The notes beneath the pieces were generated by a model. The model made no database searches. It saw only the letters and a list, made by a program, of their open reading frames with translations, and was not told the origin of the DNA. A DNA stretch of 64,000 bases from Paragordius varius (Eukaryota; Animalia; Nematomorpha), in assembly GCA_964247055.1 (NCBI GenBank), contig OZ176054.1, forward strand, positions 12,834,001-12,898,000. Direction: 5' to 3'. A program made the position numbers and the translations under genes. Below, one piece after another: positions 26,834-37,388 of this stretch; within the stretch, counting starts at the first letter, position 1; each line of letters opens with the position of its first letter.

Positions 26834-28679
26834 ATGATATCAATTTATTCTTGGGTCATTTTCATTTTTATATTTAGTTTGATATCTATGAATCAAATAG
26901 GGGCAGCCTCGACTTTTTGGTAAGTATTTTATTCAGTTTAAAAGTTTTAAATTTGGGTTCTTTTGACATCTTTATATATTTATTCTCCATGATTTGTTGA
27001 AAATATCTAATTTATATTAAAATTTTTAAGCATGATCATTTTGTGTTGCTATAATTGTCAAATTTTTATTGATATAAATAAAAATTTAAAAAGCCCCTAA
27101 TTTACCCATATAAATTCTATGCAGTATAAGACTTTTGGTTAAGTACATAACAAAAAAATTTACTTTTTAAAGAGTAATATCTAAAGGTCTACCTAACAAA
27201 TATTTCGGATATCTGGTTCGTTTTATCCCTTTAAACGATTAAAAACCATTTAAAAACACCTTTTTTACACTGTTTCCCATATTCATTCCTATTTTTTTTA
27301 GGGTAATTGAAAAACTGTCAAGCCATCCGGATTCCATGGGACCCGTTCTATGTAACATGATTCCAGGTTTAATTCCTCACCAAAAACGGATTTGTTACAA
27401 GTTCCCTGAATCTATGATTGTTATGAAGAATGGACTTAAACTGGGCGTCCATGAATGTCAAACGCAATTCAAGGGTCATCGATGGAACTGCACACTAAAA
27501 TCCATGCATTTTTATTCTACAATGCCAGAAAATTTAAATATCAAATATGGTAGTCATATACTAACAAATTTTTCAAGCCATAATAAGAAAAATAAAAATT
27601 ATAATCATATAAGTCAAAATCAAAATTCAATCAATTTACCATCCCTAACACCTCCACATAAAATATCACAACATCTTGAAAATCAAGAAATTACAAATTA
27701 CATGGAAATAAATCCGTACAGCCTACCTAAAACTTTAAAAGGTTTATAGTTTTTGAATCTTTTTCAGCACAGCCGAGATGTTTTGTGCGGCTAATATAAA
27801 TTTGGAGAATCAAAAAAATAGTTGGAGATTTCCGTAATTTGCAAAAAAACAATGCTATTTATAAAATAAATTTTAAATGATATATTTTGAACTATTTCTA
27901 AATATAAAGCCTTCCGAATTTCGACAGAGAAAAATATTGGTGGTTTTTGAGATATTTTTTACAATTTTCTGTTTAAAATCTAAAATAAAATATTTATCAA
28001 ATTTATTTTTAATTGCGCCCGCAGAATTTTTTTTTATTGAAAATGCGCCCCTCAATTTGTGCTGGACACCCCTATTAATTAAGTGTTCGTTATTTAATTC
28101 GTAATCTTGTTTATTTTATCTTAATATAGGTACTAGAGAAACCGCATTTTTGTATTCGATTTCATCGGCGGGGATTGCTTACGCCCTAATAAGATCATGC
28201 AGTAGAGGCGAAATCAAGGGTTGCAGTTGTACCCCACCCATAAAAACTCATTCGAATCTTAAAAGAAGTAATCAAGCTCAATTTCAAAATCCTGCGCTGA
28301 AAAAAACTGGCAGAAATCTGCAAGACGACCTAAATATGGTCAATTATATTGAACTAAACAGTCATAATGATGTTAACAATAAGATTGTTCGGAAAAAAAG
28401 ATTTACTCATGATGATAACGGTGAAAGCCAAATGCATTTTAAAAATTCAATCAACTCGGCTAAGGTAAGAAATATAATACATGGAAATCCTCAGGAAAGA
28501 ATTAATGATCAGAGTGATAGAATTAAAAGAAACGCCTTTAAATGGTCAGGATGTTCAGACAATGTAAACTTTGGCTGTAAATTTTCTCGAACATTCATTG
28601 ACGCTCACGATAAAATGCAGAGGGATGCCCGCGCACTCATGAACATACACAATAATAGGGTTGGACGAAAGGTTTATCA

Positions 28680-28710
<31 letters not shown>

Positions 28711-31191
28711 AGTATATGGGAAAATCAAGGGGTAATAAAGTATGGTTGTCTTTGAAAAAATTATTTGTCTTTAAGTTTATTTTTTATGTTTTGTTTGCAT
28801 AATTTTAAATTTTACTCTAACAACTGCTTTCTGAGTTTCAAAATTCCTGTAACAAATTCAATCTACCGTTTCAAATATTATTTTATATCGTGGTGTTTTA
28901 AATCAATCATATATCCATTTTAACATATTTTTGGCAAATTTTACTTTGTGGCTTCTTAAACCTAACCTAAAGTTAATTGGTCATATTTTACTACTGCATT
29001 TTTAAACAACGGTTATATTTATTGGTTACAACCTGCAATTTAAAATTGACAATATATTATTCATCTCTTTATTTTAAAACCATTTAAACTAATTATAATA
29101 TTTTATATTTTTTGTGTGACACATCTGATAAATTTAATTTTTATTGGTATTTATATATTAATTGAAATTAGAATTAATAATCTGTAATTTAGATGACAAG
29201 ATATATCATAAAATGAAAAACCAGCATAAATTATTTAAAATTTCGATAAAAATTTGTATTAAATTTTACTTATTTTATATTTTGAAACGGTAATCTATAC
29301 GAATATAATCATCTTTAAAATGATTTAAGCACGTTTCAATAAAAATAATGTTAAATAACTAATTTTTTTAATACGTTTATTATCATTCTAATAAAAGTTA
29401 GGTGGTGTAATATTGTAATTTAATATTGTATTGTAAGGTGTTTAATAAATTAATTAACAGATATATTGCATCTAGTTTAAAATTTGCCAATACTTACTAA
29501 GGTTTCTCAGTACCATAAGAGGCAGGAAATTTAAAATTACATAAATCGTTAGGAAAATATATAATTATAATTTCCTTATTTGGTTATATAATACACTTTC
29601 TATGAAAACGGGTAAAAGTCCCGATTTTTTGATATTAACCGTTAACGATGATTTTATCTAAAAATTGTTATAAGCAATTGAATTAAACTGATTTTACCAT
29701 CTCACTTTACTGGACATTGGTAACATGAAAATAATTTCCCCTTACATATCCATTTTTGTTTTTTTCGCGTGAAAAGCTTTAAAGAAAGTTGACAATAATG
29801 ATATTGTTAATATTACAATTGACCAATTACTATTTAATATTAAGGCGTATTTGTACAAAAATGTAAAAATTTGAGGCTACATTTAAAATAAGTTTTATGC
29901 TGCAACGTGGTGTAAGATTAATATTAAAATTAAAAATTAGCGCAAAAAAATATATATTGTTTAATTCGGACATTATGATTTTATGTACTGAAAAAGCTTT
30001 TGTCCAAATTAAAAATAATTTTACTATTTCTTGCAACTGATATTTTATCGAGATTTTTCTTGAATTTAAGATTAATTTAAAATGTAAAATATAACCAATA
30101 AATATTCTAATGGGTCGGATTTTATATTATATTAGGCTGTACGTAAATCCCTTAAACTGGAATGCAAATGTCATGGGGTAAGTGGTTCGTGTAATCTACG
30201 GACATGTTGGAAATCGTTAACAAATTTTAGGCACATAGGAAACTATCTTAAGACTAAATACGACAAATCTCGCCCAATCATGATAAATCAAGATGGAAAC
30301 GCTTTAATAGTAAAACGACATACAAACTATCGAAGACCCCGAGGCTCAGACCTAGTCTACTTGGAAGAATCGCCCAATTATTGTGCAAGGAATCCGAGAA
30401 CGGGTATATTTAAATTTATAATACGTATAATCGTTTAAGATCTCCTAAACAAAGCTAAGTTTTTTCCCATAAAAAATATTATGTAATATTCTCAATTCAA
30501 CATCTAAATTTAAACACAATACATTAAGAGTAAAAAAATCATATATAATGCATTTTACTATATTCTTATCTTTAATTATCGTTCTGGGTTGCAAAATAAG
30601 GGAGAGGGAAGTAAATTGGTGATTAATTTATTTATTTCACAAATTTATTCATAGTATTAAAAATCAAGAAAATCAAATATTGATTTCCTTTCTTATACTT
30701 TTACGTTATGTCTAATATAATTTTAATGTATCTGTCAAGGCTCGATAGGCACGGCTGGTAGATTGTGTAATCGAACATCTCAAGGGCCCGATGGATGTTT
30801 AACCATGTGTTGTGGCCGAGGTTATGATACCAGGTTAGTCCTTAAAGTCTATAAATGCCATTGCAAACTTATGTGGTGTTGCAAAATCCTTTGTCAGGAA
30901 TGCCGGAGATGGGAAGAAGAATTTTATTGCAAAAATGAACAAAATTGGTATTTTCCAGACTTTAATACAAACTCACTTCTGGTTAACAACCGAAATTTTG
31001 GTTACGATTCATACAAAACACGGCCTACAGTTAAAAAAATGGATTCTTGGCGAAATGGTGCGGATAGATTAATAGATGGCAATTATTTGAAACAATTTGA
31101 AGTTAAAACCACCAATCAGAATTATAATAACATAAATATCGATAACAATATAGATAATTTAGAACCTCTTCCAAACTATGATTTATATTAA
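26834..31191 (+). CDS. Wnt2: Wnt ligand, best resemblance to Wnt2 subfamily, 5 exons, ~595 aa
   Basis: Exons 26834-26919 (signal peptide [19 protein letters not shown]; alternative in-frame ATG at 26792), 27302-27741, 28130-28671, 30136-30403, 30740-31191; phases consistent. Motifs [55 protein letters not shown] (lipidated Ser), [20 protein letters not shown] and [11 protein letters not shown] resemble Wnt2. Wnt call near certain; subfamily from recalled motifs only. Confidence 0.9.
27766..28074. mobile_element. Probable degenerate hAT-like MITE in Wnt intron 2
   Basis: GC-rich ends CAGCACAGCCG ... GCGCCC...GCTGGACACCCCT in an AT-rich intron; no clear TSD. Confidence 0.35.
28684..28710. repeat. 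(AT)n microsatellite 12 nt after the Wnt exon 3 donor
   Basis: ~13 perfect units. Confidence 0.95.
28711..28818. mobile_element. MITE family A, right half only (Wnt intron 3), abutting an (AT)n tract
   Basis: AAAGTATGGTTGTCTTT...ATTTGTCTTT...TTTTGTTTGCATAATTTTAAATTTTACT. Confidence 0.6.
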
Positions 31192-31555
31192 ATTTTGATA
31201 TTATTGTAGAAACATTCCCCCCTATGCATTCAAACCAATTATGATCTAGTTTTTATATTACTATTGTAACTTATATAAAAGTACTTAAAGCAGACCACAC
31301 TCAATTTTTTATGATATAATATTTAATGATAGATTTATTCAAAATTCAGCTATAATATATCCTGTAATGTGTATAAATAATTAATAAATTATGTAATTTA
31401 CTAAAAATAGATTACCGATATATAATTTACATATATTAATTGTAAGTTGGTTACATTGCGTTTTATACAATAAAATGTAAAAATAAGCCAAAAAATGCTA
31501 TAAAAATATCTTAATATTTTGTTCAAGAGGTAGAAATATATTTTATCAAAATTGC

Positions 31556-34500
31556 TCAAACAATTTGCATGGATAAAGTGCGTATATCGAGTCTTTTTGT
31601 CAATTTCGTATTGTTCAGGGGATTTATGGTTAAATTGCTTGTTAAGTCAACGATATCGGAGTTAGCTATACTACTCTTTGAGATCAAATAATCTTTTGGC
31701 ATCTTTTTTGGATCAAGATTGCTGCCAGATTTAGTTATTAAAGTGTCAAGCCTCTCTAAAAAATTTGTTGAGTTTTTAGTTAAATATTATATAGAGCCAT
31801 GTCATCCGCGGCCCTTAAAATTTGTTATTATTAAATTAGGATATTTTGTATTGAAATTGTAAAATTGTTCCAATATAATCCTACAATCAAATAGTTACAA
31901 TAATTATTTAATATTTCAAAGAAGATCAACATCTAAGCAAAAGCTTTGGGTCATAAAGTTAAACTATGCTTTAAAATATCTGGAATTTTTATAATGTTGC
32001 AAATAATTTAAAACGTTAAGAATTTAACCGAAGCACACCTAGGGAAATATATTAAAATAAAAATATATTATCATCAATAGATTTAATTTTTGACTTATCT
32101 CAGAAAAACCACCAATTTCGTAAAATATTATGACTTTACAAGATACAGAATAGACCTTTTAACAAGAATTTAGAAATTTCATTTATTTAAACTATGAATG
32201 CAATAATTTTGACGTGCCTAGATATGACGAAACTCTCAAAGGGCTTTTTGATATTTTGCGGAGACCTCCACTTAAGCCCACAACAACCTTTCAATCACAA
32301 GGGCATGCAAAAAAATAAAGTTAACCTTTTCTCTCTTAATTTCGGGTCTTTAATAAACCCTACTTTGGGCTCCTTATCTTTTTAAATTTAACCATGTTTA
32401 GAAACTTAAGCGTCGTTCCGTGTTAAAAATGTTTTTAAAACATATTAATCAGCTATGAGAGCATTATGGTTTTCGCTTATTTTCCTTATATGGCGTATTG
32501 AATGTAAAAATGTAACCAATATGTTTATTTGATAGGCAAGCAAACCAAAATTATTATGGTGTTAATTAGTTTAATACTTTGGGTGGTATCAGCAGTGCGA
32601 TTATATGGCTCTTGTAAATTTCGGCTTATGTTTTGAGTCCCCTCCCTCGTCAAATGAGACTGTTGGTTAGGAAGAGTTTGGCTTGAAGTTTTTTGAGCAT
32701 CACTCTTTTCAACAGGACTGAGGGAAATTCCATTCATTAGAGATTTTTCGATTTGGGAAACTAGGTCGGCTTCATTCAAATTGTTTTGTGTTTCATTATT
32801 TGTCCCAGCAAATAATTCACTCCATTCCATCTGTAAGTTATAAAAGTTAATTGAAATGCTGTTTATTCAATATTTTCGAAAAACATTAGATATTTATTGC
32901 GGTTGTAAGACGTTGAAAATATAAAATATAAATAAATTTATAAACGATTCAAGGTGAAATTACAGTAAAAATTTATACAGAAAAAACGAAATAATTATAC
33001 CTTAAATTTTGGCGTTAACATTAATTTTTGGATAGGTAATCGGTCAGACATCGTACTGCGTGAAGGAACATAAGGATCTATAGACAAAATTAAAAATCAT
33101 TATGTTATGATAAATAATGAGTAAAATTAACAAAAGCTATCTAATTTTCTTTTATATGCTAAAATTTAGATCCCACAAATTATTTACACCCCTAATTAAT
33201 TGGGAATTCAAAATATTAATGTATGTAGGGAAATAAATATTAATAAATTAAAATCGATAGTGTGCAAAAAATGATTATATTAGATTTAATTAAAGTTTTA
33301 TCGTCTTAGCTCTCCAAATCCCAGAATGAAATTTAATTATTTTGATTTGCTTCTTTCACACCACACAAATTTAAAAAAGTTTATAAATTTATCCGTTCTT
33401 ACCACCATTGAGAGTGTTAAATGTTATTTTGTCATTGCAATCATGGTTGCTAGCACTGAGAAGGTGTTTATTGGTGACCTTAGCAGTTGTTATATGTCTG
33501 CTATAATTGAGCTGATAATTATTGTCTAGTTTCGGTCGAATGAAGTATGGAATGGAGTTTGGAGTTAAAAGTTTTACACTATGTTTTTCCTCGGTTCGTT
33601 TATTAGTTCTTAGCTTAAGATCCGTATGTTGATGCTTATCGCCCAAGTGATTGCCGGTATATTCTGGTGGACTACATCCTGAGGAACTACTGTCTAACGA
33701 TTCCAAGGCTGAATCGACGCTTTGTTGTGGGCTGTTTGTGTTATCAACGTTTGAATTATGGTTCGTTTGATTTATTCTAGAGGTATCAACAGCTCCTCTG
33801 TTCTCGTTTTGTGTGTCTTCATTGTTTCCACTAGTGTTTGTGTGATAATTGGAGGCTGGACTCCCGTTTTCATCAGTTCCAAAAGATATATTATTGGAGT
33901 TCATGGTTAAACGCAATGGAAACTCCTCTTGCAGAGTTAAATTATTGAACAAAGTGGTAGTTACGCTAGGATCAGTTGTATTGTTACTATTCTCTTGATT
34001 TGAGGGATGTGGACGATGAGACTGGTGTGAAGATAGATAATCATTTTTGGCTATTGGAGTATATGTTATATCTTTGGCATGCAAACCAAAAATGGCGTCA
34101 CGATTTCGTGAACATCTATAAGAATGAAATCCATTTATGTTGCTATCTGTCTTGTCGTGCATCAGACCTGATAAAATATTTTGCAATTTTCGTTCATCGA
34201 AGGATTGATTGAGTAGATTTGCTTGTGACTTGAGTTGTTGAAAAAGCAAAACATTTTTTGGACTATCACAATGTGTCTCCGGATTTCCTTGATCACTTAT
34301 AACCTTTGGAACGTTACCATTTAAAAAGATTTTATTTCTTGTATCATCGACATAAACTTTCGTGTTTTCAGTCGTTTCCCACACTTTTCCATATCTTTTA
34401 TCGGCACACGTTGATTCATGAGTACCATATGAGCCATTAAAATAATTTGGTTTACAATGATTGGTCCAAACGATTTCGTGTTTTAGCGGTAATTCTACAT

Positions 34501-34741
34501 TGTTTGAAGTGAAAATCGGCCGTTGGTGCATATGATTTTGGAGTATACTGGTATAAAAGTTAGCATTTATATTCCTCATCATTGCATAGCATGGAATTTT
34601 TTGATTAGCATGTTTTTCGATTTTAATATCATTGTAGTTGTTTGTATGATAATTGTGCTTATCATTTATCATTACATATTTATCGTTTGTATGAGGGAAT
34701 TTAGTGCCATTAGGGTTTTTATACAGATTTTTGGGGGGCAT
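31556..34741 (-). CDS. Uncharacterised N/H/S-rich protein, ~620 aa, 4 predicted exons (terminal exon and true start tentative)
   Basis: 450-codon ORF with GTAAGA donor (exon 34741-33403) splices in phase to 33077-33001 (DPYVPSRSTMSDRLPIQKLMLTPKFK), then 32830-32578 (MEWSELFAG...DLVSQIEKSL), then tentatively 31755-31556. An in-frame acceptor at 34799 could extend it 5'. No family recognised. Confidence 0.62.
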
Positions 34742-37388
34742 TGTTTCAATGTTCGAGTTGCTATGTGTGTGATAATGGTAAGGTATTTCCTGGCAATTCT
34801 ATTAAAATATAATATAAGGTTTAATCCTAATGTTTGGTAAATACCTGAATATTAAAATAAAATTATGATAAAATTTTTTTTATCCTAGCACATTTAATCC
34901 ATACATTTTAGTGTTAATAAAATATTGTCAAAATCTAAACCTCTCTCTTGAATCATTTCCTAGTATAAAGACTAGGAATTCCACAAGATGCTTTTTCTAT
35001 CAAATAACGATTTTAATTTCAATAATTTTAAAAAACAAAAAGTTAATAACAAATATTTTATACAGATGATTATAATTTTAAACCTGGACTTTTTTAATTT
35101 AACATATATGTGGTTACGATTGCGAAACATTAAATGGTGTATGATACCAATTCACATTATTATATCGCTAGCCAAACATAAGCATTTATAATCGCAATCT
35201 TCAACTAAAACAAAATATTTTTAATATATATTTTGGCCATCTAATGATAATGGTGGCTAAGCGATTTAAAAACATTTAAAACAACAAAACGTGGTACTGT
35301 ATTATAGAATGCATATATATACAAAAAATACAAGCCCCATATAATGATTTTACCAATTTTTTCTATCCTTTAAATCTAAGATTATGACTCGTAAATTTTT
35401 ACAAAATCTACATTAATGATTACACTATAAGATGATATATAATTTTCTTAAATGACTCGTAAGCCCCAACACTAAAAGCGCAATAATTATCATGATGCAT
35501 TTTTCTACCATAATATATTTAGAGTTTAAGCAATGCTTGTCACTATTTTAAGAATTAATTGTTATCAGATTTGCCAAAATTATTTAATAATTAACGCCTT
35601 TCTTTATCATTTTTTATTTTCTGTAATTATTTGGAAATTTATTCTTTTTTAAACAAACTCATTTATTATCACTCGCTTTCCAATCTATTAAAACACCTGT
35701 TACCTTTTAGTTATTATATATACCTTGCATATATATATATATATATATATATAATCATATATATCTATCCTTGGATTAAACCTTTTAAAAAAACCAACGT
35801 CTCCCACCGGAATAATTATTAAAGGCATCGAACTAACTTGAAATTAAGATTTACCAACAAGATAGTAGACTGTTCTTAATCACAATTAGCAAACCAAGAA
35901 AGTTTTAGTATAGAAGAGTAATATAGCACGCGTTTTGCGTTCATTTTAATACAGTATCGATGAGGTTAACATAATATTTTGCATGAAAATGACCGTTTTC
36001 TGATTAGCTGTGTAGCCTCACATTTTCTACCACATTTTTTTACATAGATGATAATAATCTCGAAATTAGTTTAATCCCAAATATCTGACCCGCATCTCCC
36101 CAAATCCATATGAAACGGTAATGAAAAACTCAAAAACGGTCACAATACATTATGACATTTTGTTTCTATAATGCCATATGATTATTACTTTACAAATAAT
36201 GTCAATTCAGTAATCAATTAAAAAAAGACTAAAAATACCATATTAGTAAAAGAGTTGTGGTGAGAGTTAGCTGGCAAAACAATTTGATTTTGGTTGCATT
36301 GATGAGGGCATGGATTAAGGTAAGAGCCAACTAAAACATTGTTTCGATTCTCCAAATATTTGTCTACATGTGTAAAATTATATATATATATATATATATT
36401 ATGCGGTATATTTCATTTTAATATACTAATTAATTTCAGATGTATTTAGATTAATTTTTTGGTAAAATTTTAATATATTAAATGTAGAAGGCTAATATAT
36501 ATAAATATATCTCGTTTTTATTAATCAAAATATGTCACTTTTGTATCGTTAAATAATATAAACACCAAAGAAAAAAACTGAAACCAATATTGTTAAAAAA
36601 AATGTTTTTTGTTTTTTTCTAAATTTAAAATTTTCTTTGATCTCCGTTTGTGTTCAATGACAAATAATAACAATTGTCACATAAACGCATATCATGTAAT
36701 AATAAAACCATATTATACATGAAAAAAATTGTTTTTCTAACCATAGATTTAACTTTTGTTTTCAAATTATATAAAAATATATTGCGATGCGCCAATTCTT
36801 AGATAATATAAGTTTCTTTGGTCTAATTATTATTTCCAAAATGATATCTTTGTAACAAAAAACAAAAAAAAGACTTTAAAAATTTTGATATTTATACAAT
36901 TTAAATTGAACCAGGAACCAAAATCTTTTGTGAGTAGGTTTGTTCGAGTGCCGCTTACATCTACATGTATTTTTCAATTAAAAGATAAATCCTTTTTCCT
37001 TAGAGTGGATAGATAACAAAAATATATTCCTCTTACTTATATATTCTTTTGTAATAATCACTTGAATGGAATCAAGGATTAAAAACCATGGTAGGCTATT
37101 AAGGTTTTATTGGTGCAGTTTTCAAAGTTTTTATAAATTAATAGATAAAATTAATGTATATACATGAATTGCAGATATTCGCTTGTTAAAAAAGGATTCT
37201 CGAAAAAATACTCTTGTGCAAGTAAAACAATAAAATAAAATATATTTATTTATTTGTCTAATATTATACATGTGTGTGGTTATTGTCAATGTCACAGAAG
37301 ATCATAGAAATGCGGAAATTTTTTTGTCATTTACAAAATAAAATAATGCCAAGATACGTAAAAAACAACATCTAAAATGTACATAAAG

